A stretch of 64,000 bases of DNA from contig OX597839.1 of the NCBI GenBank assembly GCA_951406725.2, positions 2,170,001-2,234,000 of the forward strand, given 5' to 3'. The notes under the pieces were generated by a model. The model was given only the letters and a program-made list of their open reading frames with translations, did not search any database and had not been told where the DNA came from. The position numbers were made by a program, and so were the translations under genes. Position 1 is the stretch's first letter; the number at the start of each line of letters is the position of its first letter. Shown here one piece after another: positions 14,800 through 27,584 of the stretch. This DNA is from Octopus vulgaris (taxonomy: Eukaryota).

Positions 14800-15130
14800 G
14801 TTTTGGCTACCTGTGCAGTAGAAAGTTGCCCTGCCTATGCGGTAGCGAAATCGCCCACCCCATGCAGTAGCGAAACTGAATACTTCGTACTGTAGCGAAA
14901 TTGACTACCTTGTGCAGAAACGAAATTGACTACCTGTGCAGTGGCGAATTTGACTGTCCTGTTCAGTGGCGAAATTGGCTGTCTTGTGCAGTAGCGAAAC
15001 TGGTTGCCTTATTCAGCCTCGAAATTGGCCGTCATGTGAAGCAGCAAAATTGCCTACCCTGAGAAGCAGCAAAATTGGTCGCTCCATGCGGTAGAGAAAT
15101 TGGAAACCCTGTGTACTAGTGAAATTGACT
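14800..15130. repeat. Degenerate ~25-bp minisatellite (gcagtagcgaaattgactaccttgt-like)
   Basis: gaaatt/gaaact recurs at ~25-bp spacing about a dozen times. Confidence 0.75.
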
Positions 15131-15369
15131 GGCACTTCTTTAAAAGAAACATGCCTTCAACACGTAGCAAACTCATGTACCGTATTTGATGGCATAAAAG
15201 ACATTTGCACGTGTTGGAGGGCCCCAATTTCAGTAACACATACTCAGGAAAAAGTCTGTACTGCATTAATTAAAGCAAGTGATATTTAAAGCAACTTGGC
15301 ATATAGGACCAAGGGTGGTTTTTAAGCGACATTTTCTTTGAAAAAAGAATAACTGTGCGTCTTACATAT

Positions 15370-15550
15370 ATATTTCTTTACTGCCCACAAGGGGCTAAAC
15401 ATAGAGGGGACACACAAGGACAGACAAAGGGATTAAGTCGATTACATCGACCCCAGTACGAAACTGATACTTAATTTATCGACCCCGAAAGGATAAAAGG
15501 CAAAGTCGACCTCGGCGGAATTTGAACTCAGAACGTAACGACAGACGAAA
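15370..15550 (-). mobile_element. Headless SINE-B monomer with 13-bp TSD
   Basis: gtgcgtcttacat on both sides. Confidence 0.85.
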
Positions 15551-16269
15551 GTGCGTCTTACATGTAATCAAATACATGTTTATAAATTGGTCGCCCTGTG
15601 CAGCACACATACCCCTCACACCCATTGCCAACTAACTGTTGAAGACATTTTATTTTGCTCAGGTCTGTGTGATTGTACACCTGATGTTTCCAAGCAATTT
15701 TTTTTTTTAATGTCAGATAACAAACACTTTATTACTGAATCCTAACAATGCTTATTGATTTATAAGAATGACTATTTCTTGAAAATGCCAGCAACAGCTG
15801 CAAGTTGGAAGTTATTGACCCCAACGTTTTTTTTTCACAGAGTTTGTTGTGTGCTCGCTAATGACGTTGTAAATTGAGGCACGTCTTCGATATCAAATTA
15901 TTTGTTGTATGAACCACAGCGTTTATGACAGCTGGAGTCATGACACCATTACTATCAGAAGTAAATCCCTCTCTAAACTTATAATAAAGTTTTGGCAATA
16001 TAACCAGTCAGCTGATCGACCCACCCTACCCCGTCCCACCCCACCCAAAAGATTGACGCGGATTTAAAGACAGTATCTTTTATCTTTTATCATTTACTCG
16101 TTTCAGTCATTGAACTGCGACCATGCTGGAACACTGCCTCGAAGGACTTGGTTGAACAAATCGATTCCAGTAAATATTTTCTTCTGAACTTATACTCAAT
16201 ATACCGATTTCTTGTTTCTTCGACGAAAAGCGGTGCTCCAGCATAGCCGCAGTCAAATGACTGCAACAA

Positions 16270-16480
16270 AAATATATAGATATGTGTGCATCACGAGCAT
16301 ACCTAGTGAGAGTAGCTGTCTGTATCACCGAGAGTAAAGCCGTTACAAACGATGATAGACCTAAGACAGTTCCCTGAGGGACTCCACTCAAAATTTCAAG
16401 AAGACGATGTTCGCACGGTAGCGAAGTGGAGTATTGACTTGCTACTGAGACAAAACCTTTTTCAATTAATTGTTACAAGT
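16270..16480 (-). mobile_element. Degraded LINE RT fragment
   Basis: SGVPQGTVLG motif in ORF 16107-16391. Confidence 0.55.
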
Positions 16481-16570
16481 AGCCATTCCTTCCCTCCGTT
16501 GCTATTTCTAATGCTGAGTTTACTTTTCAAAACTAGTCTCACTGTATGCAAATATGGATGTATGTATACA

Positions 16571-16990
16571 CTTTACTCTTTTACTTGTTTCAGTCATTTG
16601 ACTGCGACCATGCTGGAGCACCGCCTTTAGTGGCGCAAATCGACCCCAGGACTTATTCTTTGGAAGCCTAGTAACTTATTCTATCGGTCTCTTTTACTGA
16701 ACCGCTGAGTTACGGGACGTAAACACACCAGCATCGGTTGTCAAGCGATTTTTTTTTGGGGGGGGGACAAACACAGACACACAAACATATACACACACAT
16801 ACATATATTTATATATATATACGACGGGCTTCTTTCAGTTTCCGTCTATCAAATCCACTCACAAGGCTTTGGTCGACCCGAGGCTATAGTAGAAAACACT
16901 TGCCCAAGGTGCCACGCAGTGGGACTGAACCCGGAACCATGTGGTTGGTAAGCAAGCTAAAGCTAATTACCACACAGCCGCTCCTGCGCC
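16571..16990 (-). mobile_element. SINE-A
   Basis: Full-length match to family. Confidence 0.9.
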
Positions 16991-17471
16991 TATGTATATG
17001 TGTGTGTATATATAAATGTGTGTGTGTGTGTGTGTGTATATAAATATACATACACACACATATATATAGATATTTGTATATATACACATATATGCATACA
17101 TACATACGTACATACATACATATGTACATATTTACATGCAGGCAGGATAATTTTGAAAAGTAAACTCAGCACTAGAAAATAATTGAATAGGTATAAATAT
17201 ATCTACGCCTATTGGTTTATTTCTAGTATTTATATTCTCAGTCATGAAATATAGATTCAGCATAGTAAAGTGGAAATTAAATGATCTGCGAAAAATAGAA
17301 AAAAGAACTAGGAAATTACTCAGCAACGTTACGAAGCTAATATTCACCATCCTAAGGATAATAAATACCACCTACTCAGGGAAGATTTGATACAAAGAGA
17401 AAAGTACTATAAAATAACAACAGCGGGATAAGAAAAATACACGGAAGGAAGGACAGGGAAATTGATTAGCT

Positions 17472-17884
17472 CTCTTTACTCTTTTACTCTATTACTTGTT
17501 TCAGTCATTTGACTGCGGCCATGCTGGAGCACCGCCTTTAGTCGAACAAATCGACCCCAGGACTTATTCCTTTCTAAGCCCAGTACTTATTCTATCGGTC
17601 TCTTTTGTCGAACCGCTAAGTGACGGGGACGTAAACACACCAGCATCGGTTGTCAAGCAATGCTAGGGGGACAAACACAGACACACAAACACACGCACAC
17701 ACATATATATATACATATATACGACGGGCTTCTTTCAGTTTCCGTCTACCAAATCCACTCACAAGGCATTGGTCGGCCCGGGGCTATAGCAGAAGACACT
17801 TGCCCAAAATGCCACGCAGTGGGACTGAACCCGGAACTATGTGGTTGGTAAACAAGCTACTTACCACACAGCCACTCCTGCGCC
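17472..17884 (-). mobile_element. SINE-A
   Basis: Full-length match to family. Confidence 0.9.
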
Positions 17885-18056
17885 TTTTTTAATGATCCTA
17901 AGAACCACGAAGACTATATAACAAAGATGAATGACAAAACGATGGGTGTTCTACATATAGTAAGATATGGAAATGCTAAATGGGAACAAACAAATTGATG
18001 AATATATGTGAGTGTTTGTACGTCCATGTCTGTATGTTCGTATATATGTATGTGTG

Positions 18057-18436
18057 TGGAGGCGCAATGGCCCAGTGGTTAGGAGAGCGGACTCGCGGTC
18101 GTAGGATCGTGGTTTCGATTCCCAGACCGGGCGTTGTGAGTGTTTATTGAGCGAAAACACCTAAAGCTTCCACGAGGCTCCTGCAGGGGTTGGTGGTGAA
18201 CCCTGCTGTACTCTTTCACCACAACTTTCTCTCTCTTTCTTCCTGTTTCTGTTGTACCTGTATTTCAAAGGGCCATCCTTGTCACACTCTGTGTCACGCT
18301 GAATCTCCTCGAGAACTACGTTAAGGGTACACGTGTTTGTGGAATGCTCAGCCACTTGCACGTTAATTCCACGAGCAAGCTGTTCCGTTGATCGTATCAG
18401 CTGGGACCCTCATCGTCGTAACCGACGGAGTGCTCC
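18057..18436 (+). mobile_element. SINE-C (tRNA-derived)
   Basis: ggaggcgcaatggcccagtggttagg...ggtttcgattccc head; body shared with the copies at 30165 and 40320. Confidence 0.8.
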
Positions 18437-18463
18437 TATATGTATGTGTGTATGTATGCGCAT

Positions 18464-18775
18464 ATCCTTAAATCCTTAAAAATGTTTCAGCCCGAAAGCT
18501 GCGGCTATGCTGGGGCACCACCGTTGAATGAGCTACACTAGTATGTGAAACCACCTCTGATACGTGGCACTTGATCAACAAGTGGGATTCGACGCCGCTG
18601 CCCGCATTTGTATTTCCTGTCGAGAAGTAGGTTCATCTGGAACCCCTGACAAGAAGAGATCCAGTTTAGTTTTAAAGAAACCCACATCACACCATGCAGG
18701 TCTCTCGGGCCTTTAGGAAAGATATTGAAGAGTTGTGGTCCAATAGTATATTTAGTTACGAAAACATCCAACCAT
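18464..18775 (-). mobile_element. 3' end of a CR1/L2-group LINE whose tail matches SINE-A
   Basis: GPQLFNIFPK...KLDLFLSGVPDEP-like translation (frameshifted); tail ggtgccccagcatagccgcag...ctgaaaca then tttaagga repeats. Confidence 0.7.
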
Positions 18776-19339
18776 AATAATAATAATTTATAAGGAGAGC
18801 GCGAAACAGATGATTATATGGTAGACTCAGTGGAAAACTGATCGGATGGACGGACAAACGGTCCAATAGATTTTCCAATATCAATATTCTATAAGGTATA
18901 TTTATCGGTAATTAAACGGTTATCGCTAAATTAGCACAATCACTAATTACAGTATAGATTATGTACAATATATTATATATATACAGCATCTGAACATGAA
19001 GGTTGTAATTGTGAATATCGGATATTTCTCTTCGCTATTCACGATGATGATGATGATGATGATGAAGAGGAGGGGGCGGAGAAGGCGGAGAAGGCGGAGG
19101 AGGAAGAGGGGAGGAGGATAATTACATCGTATGATCTTGAAAAGGGAGTAAGTATCCGAGTGAAATGCAGACACAAGAGAGAAGTTGTGAAAGCTATTGT
19201 TCGTTAATAAATATACAGGTGCACACATGAATACACACACACACATACATACATATATATATATATATATGCACATGCACACACACGTATACATGTATAT
19301 ACATACATGCAAGCATACATATATACATACATACATACA

Positions 19340-19381
<42 letters not shown>

Positions 19382-19424
19382 TACATGCATATATATATAT
19401 ATATATGTATATGTATATATATAA

Positions 19425-19600
19425 AGACAGCTGAAATCTACAAGCTTTTCGTTCTCTTTGTTTATTTCTTCTTATTCCTTTCTGTTGAAGAGCGTAGGCT
19501 CGAAACGTAAAAGACTTTTTCGTTTTCCCGAGCGTCAAACTATTACACTTGCTTGTTACTCTTACACCTATCTTCGTCTTTTGTGTTTCTATAAATTTCT
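19425..19600 (+). mobile_element. Family P Penelope-like repeat
   Basis: ctgttgaagagcgtaggctcgaaacgtaaaagac shared with the other copies. Confidence 0.6.
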
Positions 19601-19603
19601 ACT

Positions 19604-19644
<41 letters not shown>

Positions 19645-19648
19645 ACTT

Positions 19649-19703
<55 letters not shown>

Positions 19704-19738
19704 CATATGTATATATAAATATATATATATATATGTAT

Positions 19739-19962
19739 AGTTAGTTAGTTAGTTAATTACTTGGCTCAAAAAGCAAAAAGCAAGGCCATGTAGGGGGACA
19801 TGGAGTTATGTACAGGATGGTGTTCATGTAAAGAGTTCAGGCCACTTGTGGTCAAGGGAGACTTTGAACCGAGTGGTCGTCGGCATCTTTACTGTCTCGC
19901 CTGGCAGCTTATTCCACGGATCCGCAACCCGGACGGAGAAAGCTCCTCTCCTTCGATTGAGA

Positions 19963-19966
<4 letters not shown>
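19739..19966 (-). mobile_element. Short 3' copy of the same CR1/L2 LINE as 1033-2509
   Basis: HLNRRRGAFSVRVADPWNKLP...HKWPELFT*, same 3'UTR and (AACT)n tail; (TA)n on both sides. Confidence 0.92.
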
Positions 19967-20012
<46 letters not shown>

Positions 20013-20366
20013 TAATTTGTGTGTATACATCAATGACTGATGCATCTGGACAAATCTTCACTGATGTGCCTGGTATCAAGCAACCACCTGACTTTTATCT
20101 CATAACATGTCCTGAGACCAATCTAATTACCCAACAATACCGACATCATGCAGTTCCAGTGCCGTAGTTATTCCAATGCTCTCAGTTCCATAGGATCCAC
20201 CTATCTCGCATCAGTCTTGTCAGCAACGTCCGCTCCAAGGAGAAACAATGTACTGGATGCGGAGGAGGATAAATGTATTGGACTGATGCTGTCATCACCT
20301 TTGATGGGCTGTCATGAGCAAGTAAGCATTCTGTAGTTTGCTTTATCAAAGGCTTTCACAAGATCA

Positions 20367-20919
20367 TCACCATCATCATTGTTCGACCGTGGTCGAGACA
20401 ATGGAATTTACCATGTTACGCCAGACTTCACGGTCCATCGTGGCATTACGGAGGTCCTGTTGCTGGATGCCTGTATCCCTGGAGATTACATCAGGGTAGG
20501 AGAGTGTGCGCCCTCTGGTATTGCGAGTAGATGGCTTCCAGAGGAGAAGAGTAGAAATTACCTCTTTTTCAGCTCTACAACAATGTCCAGCGAACTGGAC
20601 TCTCCTACCTTTCACAAGAGATGACACAGGTGGTAGTTTCCCATATATTTGCATTTTGGTTGGATGGCGCTTCCACGGGAGATTTTGAGCTCTCATAAGG
20701 AGGCGAACGTAGGTTCCATCCAACCGCCTCTCAAGCTTCTTTGATAACGTCCAGTTTTCTGAGCCATAGAGTAGAATTGGTTCGACTGTGGCTTTGAAGA
20801 CTTCAAGTTTGAAGTCTCTACTTAGATTTGATGACCAGATCTTATGCATGTCATTACAGGCTGACCAGGCTACACCCTTTCTAGTTAGAAAATCTTTTCC
20901 AGATGATGATATGAAAGAT
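20367..20919 (-). mobile_element. 5'-truncated RTE-clade LINE with 13-bp TSD
   Basis: ORF 20376-20849 has ILLYGSENW, RRVQFAGH, DREVWR; TSD tttcacaagatca at 20354-20366 and 20920-20932; host appears to be an older RT relic (DLVKAFDK). Confidence 0.88.
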
Positions 20920-21060
20920 TTTCACAAGATCAAGATTACCCTCGTTGGCGTTGGAACGGGTGAGTAACTGTTGCAGGAGTTAGTCGTGATACAGAAGAAA
21001 AGATTGATTAAGGCAGCCCTTCTTCCTGGGTAACAAAAGACAAGAAAGAGAAAAAATATA

Positions 21061-21231
21061 GGCGCAGGAGTGGCTGTGAGGTAAGTAGCTTGCTTACCAA
21101 CCACATGGTTCCGGGTTCAGTCCCACTGCGTGGCATCTTGGGCAAGTGTCTTCTGCTATAGCCCCGGGCCGACCAATGCCTTGTGAGTGGATTTGGTAGA
21201 CGGAAACTTAAAGAAGCCTGTCGTATATATG

Positions 21232-21308
<77 letters not shown>

Positions 21309-21525
21309 GTGTGTTTGTGTGTCTGTGTCTGTCACCCTAGCATTGCTTGACAACCGGTGCTGGTGTGTTTACGTCCCCGTCACTTAGCGGTTCGGCAAAA
21401 GAGGCCGATAGAATAAGTACTGGGCTTACAAAAGAATAAGTCCCGGGGTCGATTTGCTCGACTAAAGGCGGTGCTCCAGCATGGCCGCAGTCAAATGACT
21501 GAAACAAGTAAAAGAGTAAAAGAGA
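21061..21525 (+). mobile_element. SINE-A
   Basis: Full-length match to family. Confidence 0.9.
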
Positions 21526-21589
21526 GTATGCGAAGTGTTAGCAAATCATTCCTAAGAATTAGATTAGTTTCTTCTGATACATGGGCGTA

Positions 21590-21827
21590 CGACATTATCG
21601 TTGTCCTCCTCATCAACCTCATCATCATTATCATCGTAATCGTCATTGTCGTCGTCGTCATCCTCATCAGCCACACCACCACCACCAGTTTACACCTCCT
21701 CATTTTCTTTTCCTCCCCTTCTCCTTCTCCTTCTCCTCCTCCCCGTCATCATCATCATCCACACCATCATTTTCATCACCACTACGATTCTACTCCTCCT
21801 CCTCATCATCATCAACATCCTCATCAA

Positions 21828-21862
<35 letters not shown>

Positions 21863-22130
21863 CCCCCCCATCATCATCATCACCCCCTTCTCCTTCTCTT
21901 CCTCATCATTATCATCCACCACCACCACCACCACCACCACCACCACCACCAACATCATCATCGTCGTCACAACCACCACCGTCTCTATGACCACTACCAT
22001 CATCATCATCATTATCCATATCTTCATTGTCACCGCGACCATCGCAACCATCATCATCATCGTCGTCGTCGTCGTCGTCGTTATAATCACCACTACCACC
22101 ACCACCACCACCACCACCACCATCGTTGAC
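21590..22130. repeat. Compound trinucleotide low-complexity tract (CAT/CAC/CCT/CGT)
   Basis: Directly visible. Confidence 0.9.
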
Positions 22131-22243
22131 ATTCTCATTAGTAGTGACGAGAAATACAATCGATATTCAGAGTTACTTCATATGCAGACGTAATTATTTA
22201 TACGCGTGCCGATATGTGAATATGAATGTGAGTGTATGTGTGT

Positions 22244-22279
<36 letters not shown>

Positions 22280-23104
22280 CTGTATGTGTATGTTTATGTG
22301 TCTATAAATGTATATTTATGTATGTACTAACATGTGCGTGCGTATACATGCAGTTGTCAAGTATGTGTGTGTCTATGAATGTTTACATTTATGTGCATAC
22401 CTGTGGTGTTGATGTGTATATGTGCATGTGCGTGTGTGCATATGTGTGTGTGCATGTGTGTGTATGTATTTGCGTATCCTTTCTCCGACACACATAAAAC
22501 CTATACAAAACATCCGCACAGAAACACACACGATTCTCACATGCACACCATACACACAGCTGTATATATATATATATATATATCAGAAGAGAAAAGGGTT
22601 AATGGAATAAAGGGCTAGTGGAATAAAGAAATCGGTGAGGACATGGAAGAGGTAGATATAAAATGAAAGGGTGGACCGTTATCACAAGGACAAAATGGCG
22701 ATCAGACGGTGTAGTAATATATATATTGAATGAATGAAGCAGACGACACGATGAACGAATCAGAAGGAAGGTATTTCTAAGTGAAATTTTCTAATATGTA
22801 TTATTAGCTATTAAATTGTTGTCCAAAGGGAAGTTTCTAGAGAATTTCGAAGGAAATAAAAAGAATTGGAAGGAAAGTAATGAATGCATGCATAACTAAA
22901 CACCCTTGGATCATGTTAAGATTAATTTCCCACTGGGTGTTTTGTTTTGCTGGCATCTGTAATCGATTTTTGAGTGGGCAGAGCTATATTTGACTTTAAT
23001 GGGTCGAGGATAAAGTTAAAAATGGAAGCTGCAAAGTCATAATGAAACATCTGGCAGAATCGTTGAGCGCCGAACAAAAAAATCTTTATGTATTTGTTCC
23101 AAAG

Positions 23105-23520
23105 TGAAGGCGCGTTGCCTAATGTTTAGTGTCTTGTTCTCATGATCGTAAGATCACTGTTTCGATTTTCGGACCGGTCGATGCGTTGAGTCCTTGAGCA
23201 GAATACTTCATTTCACGTTGCTCCAGGTTACTCAGCTGTAAATGAATGAATAACCCTACGACGGACTGGTTACCCGTTCGAGGAGATAGTTGTGCTCTAG
23301 GTCACTTATACGCCAAACCGGTTGTGGAGGCGCGTGACTTAGTAGTTAGGGTTTTGAACTCATGATCGTAAGATTGTGGTCTCGGACCGGGTGGTGCAAT
23401 GTGTTCTTGAGTGAAAAATCTCATTTTGCGTTGCACCAGTACACTCAGTAGCAAAAATGAGTAATTCTGCGGTGGGTTGGTGTCTCGTCCATGGGGGAAA
23501 TATATGCCCCACAGAAATTG
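23105..23520 (+). mobile_element. Two SINE-D copies (tRNA head plus V/Meta-like domain)
   Basis: gatcgtaagat...gttcttgagcaaaa...cactcagctg...gactgg..ccc motifs shared with 63095-63340. Confidence 0.7.
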
Positions 23521-23642
23521 ACCCATGATTTAATTTTAACTCGGGAAGGAGTTTTATCCTTATCATCTATAGAAACTGGTTAACCCGCTCTATAAGTCTC
23601 AGGTTTAAAACAATAAAGTCTAGGGGTTGATAATGATGACTT

Positions 23643-24205
23643 GATGAGAGCAGTGCATGCCATCAAAGTGACACTGGGGTAAAATATACGAAGCCCAGTA
23701 TACCCATCATAACTATCCGTCTGATAAGGATACACCAGGCACATGCATCACAACCATATGTGCACGTCATGGTGATCTCATATCAAGATAAACAGCGCAT
23801 GACCTTGCAGGTGGGGCCCAGTTAAAATTTCCTTCAGGCCAAGTAACCCATCCCGCTCAAAAGGTCCCTGAATAGGGGTTGTTTAAGGATGTTGGACAAA
23901 ACACCCATGTTTCCAAAGGGGAATTATCCAAACCCCAAAAAATTCCTCTCAACACATGGCGATGATGCTCTCCTAATACTTATGTTTGTGATTAGAGATG
24001 CACATATCGTCAGCCACTAAGGAACATGGTCAACTGGTTAAGGTCAAACAACTGACAAGCAAATATGTGGTATTGAGCAGAACATTTGCTGTAGCTCATC
24101 TGTTACACAAAGACAAAACAATGTACATGATAACACTTCCAGTTAGTTAAAATCAAAAGCCATGAGAGCCACTGCTTTGTACTGCACCAGGGCATCACAT
24201 TATTA
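23643..24205 (-). mobile_element. ~560-bp non-coding dispersed element (family E)
   Basis: Homologous to 24921-25075, 30660-30810, 49715-50075 and 50113-50512. Confidence 0.75.
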
Positions 24206-24217
24206 TCATAAAGACAT

Positions 24218-24420
24218 CGAGCTGGTAGAATCGTTAGCACCCCGGGTAAAATCCTGGATGGAATTTCGTCTGTCTTAATGCCCTGAGCTTCAATTCTGCC
24301 GAGGTTGACTTTGCCTTTCATCCTTTCGGGGTAGATAAAATAAGTACTAGTTGAGCACTGAGATCGATGTGATCAACATGCCGACCCCTCAAAATTGCTG
24401 GCCTTGTGCCAAAAGAAGAA
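24218..24420 (+). mobile_element. SINE-B2 (variant with ggccttgtgcc tail)
   Basis: SINE-B head and core with a different tail. Confidence 0.75.
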
Positions 24421-25075
24421 AATATTATTTAACAGAACATAACAATGCCATAGCGGAATATAATTTTGCAACACCTCACAGATTGTTTCCGGCTCATTAG
24501 TAGGAAAAGGCTACTGCCGACCCCTGAGGTCCGGTCTCTTTCGTTTGTGGTTGACAGCATCGATAGAGTGACGGACAACACCATGCAGTCTTTAATTAAC
24601 GACTCTTAATTCAAATCCTGCCAAGGGTTCAGTTTGTCTTTTATCACTAAAATAAATACATTTTAAATTCTGAGTTCATATTCTGTTCAGATCATCTTTG
24701 CCTTTCATCATTCCGTGATCAATAAAATAAAGTAATGGTCAAGTACTCGATCAATCAATTTGGCTAGCATTCGCCATAATTTCTGGACTTGCGCCTATAG
24801 TAGAAATTATTATGATTAAGTTTAATAATTCAATTATCACCCACCTCCTCCTCCTCCTCCTCATCCTCCTCATCCTCATCACCACCATCATCATCATCAT
24901 CATCATCATCATTATCTATTATTGAGTGAGAGAACAGTGCATGCCAACAAAGTGATAGTGGGATACAAATATACGAAGCCCAATATACCCATCATGACTA
25001 CCCGTTTGATAAATGTATGCCAGGCACATGCATCACAACCATATGTGCGCGACATGGTGATCTCATATCAAGGTA

Positions 25076-25946
25076 ACAGCAACGAAAACGAACTTGCTAG
25101 TCTGTTCAGGATGGCTTTTCAGTCGGGAAGTATCACGGATAATTTCCAGATGTCCTTGGCCTACCAGGGAGCGCTACTGGCTCGAGATAAACTCTACAGG
25201 CACGGATGTACTGCCAGACGAGCTTGCCCTAAGTGCGCGCATGCAGACGAAACCGTTCTGCACGCATTCGTACAGTGTCCGGACATTGCTGACTTGTGGG
25301 ATTATGCCAAACAGCTACTGTCGTGTGGGACGGATCTGTCTGTCGGCCAAATCTGTAGTGATGATCACACCACCGCCCTCCTTCAGTCGGGCAGGTAAGG
25401 CAGTTTTCTTTTGCCTGGTGGCTGTGGTGAAAAAGGTTGTCTGGTAGACAAGACTGAAAGACATGAGGACTGACACATTCCTCTTTGGTTGAGCTTTCAT
25501 TGACTTCTTCAAGTTTCAATCGAAAGGGAAATTGAGAGTGGAGGGCGAAATGCTGTCCTCGAGTGAGTTTATTGAAACGTGGGTGAAAGTTGCGAAAATA
25601 GCAACTCTAAGTGTAGACCTGTGAGTCGAAGAGAAGGAATTGGAGAGGACACAAGTTCTTGATGTTCAGGAAAATCTTGGATGTAGCCCTCCTGTAAAGG
25701 TGGGAGAATGATAGAGATGTGGCCCTCCTCTACAAGGAGGGCCACATTTCTATCATCCTCCCACCTTTTTTTCTCAAAACCTTTGTATACTATGTATGTT
25801 TCCCTTCCTTTTCATAATATACTTACTTTTTGTTGTTGTTCCTTATTTAATTATTTTATCATTCCATTAGATGTAACCTCCCACACTTTATGTCTGTCAT
25901 TGTATTGTCCTCCACATCCTTCGCCCTAGTGGCAAATAAGTGAAAT
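25076..25946 (+). mobile_element. Tx1/L1-like LINE 3' relic (zinc knuckle plus 3'UTR)
   Basis: CPKCAHADETVLHAFVQC CCHC-type motif; terminal ~60 nt recur inverted at ~52272-52340. Confidence 0.75.
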
Positions 25947-25973
25947 CATCATCATCATCATAACCATCATCAC

Positions 25974-26044
<71 letters not shown>

Positions 26045-26046
<2 letters not shown>

Positions 26047-26534
26047 TATGGGTTTTTCTTCTTCTTTCAAGTTTGCTTCCATTTCTTGCCGAGTGTCTTA
26101 CCGACTCCTAGGGCAAAGAAACTCATAGTATACATTGGTAGGCCATTAAACTAAACTCACTAGTTCGTTCATTTTATTTTATAGAAATAAAGTTAAATTA
26201 AAATACATGGGTAGTAATAGTTCTTACATCGACAATGCTCTTCTCAATACGTGTGATGTACCAGTTAAGACAATCTCTTGCACTTCTTGCAGGGATGGTA
26301 AGCCAGGGATCATTCTCATATAATTTTCGGTTCCCTTCTTGATCATTCCTAGTGCTCCTACGATCACTGGTATTGTAACCGCCTTGAGATGCCACATTTT
26401 CTCAATTTCAATGAGTAGGTCTTTATATTTTCTGAGCTTGTCAAATTCTTTCGCCGAGATATTATGATCACAGGGGATGCTCATGTCGATCGATAAGTAA
26501 ACTTCATTGTTTTGGTCTTTCACAACAAAATCCG

Positions 26535-26536
<2 letters not shown>
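26045..26536 (-). mobile_element. Dong/R4-like non-LTR element 3' end (restriction-like endonuclease) in (TAA)n
   Basis: PDFVVKD...IDMSIP...KLRKYKDL...IPVIVGALG; (TTA)n on both sides. Confidence 0.85.
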
Positions 26537-26592
<56 letters not shown>

Positions 26593-27514
26593 GCTTTATT
26601 TCCAGACTTTTTAAGAAACAACAAACGGTAGGAAACCAACTAACACAAGTTGACTATAGTAAAAATCCCCCTTTTAAAGGAAGAATTTACTTCCCCCATT
26701 TATGCCATTGCGAAACTTATTTGATATTTCTTGGAATGGTTTCTTACTTTAATGGAATGGCAAACCGCATTTCCCTTTGGATAAACACAGTTTATCCTCT
26801 TAATACAGTTTACTATCTGCTGCTACAAAAACAGAAAAGAAAAACCAACGCTTTCTCTTCCTAACTTGAAGCTACTAACGACGTTAAGACGATTCTTTAA
26901 ATATATAATCTTAACTATAGAATCAAAATGGAGGTCACGTAATGACGTAGAAATGATGTCCTGCTTTAATGGCAGTCTTCTCAATAGAGACCAACACCAA
27001 CCTTCACCGCCAACATTACCACCACCATGACGACAACGACGACGACGACGAAGACCCACCACCACCACTACCACCGCTATCGGTTTAACTACACCTGTCT
27101 ACGCATACTATTTCCGTTGATTTAAGCATGTATGTGTATGTGTGTGTGTATCTGGTATGCGCGAGTATCTGTATGTGCATGTGTGCGTATCTGTGTTATG
27201 TACGTGCGTGTGAATGTGTGCGCGCAGGTGTGTTACGCAATTTAAAGCGTGAGAAACATTAAAGTAACAGAATATGCATTAAAATATGTGTGTGCGTTTG
27301 TGTGCATATATATATACATACATACATACATATATATATATGCATACATACATACATATATATGCATGCATATATATGCATATATATATGCATGCATATA
27401 TATATATATATGCATATATATATATGTATATATGCATATATATATATATGTATATATGCATATATATATATGCATATATATATATATGAACATATATATA
27501 TGCACATATATATA

Positions 27515-27584
<70 letters not shown>

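Noticed and set aside
14800-15130. CRISPR-like array
   Set aside because: Degenerate tandem units without spacers, no cas genes, eukaryotic context
18057-18130. tRNA gene-like sequences (also 21061, 57373, 63095)
   Set aside because: SINE heads that continue into repeat bodies; no clean cloverleaf
21471-22193. 240-aa His/Thr/Ile-rich ORF (likewise 54960-55632 and 28584-29096)
   Set aside because: Trinucleotide low-complexity DNA open in several frames; starts inside a SINE; no splice support
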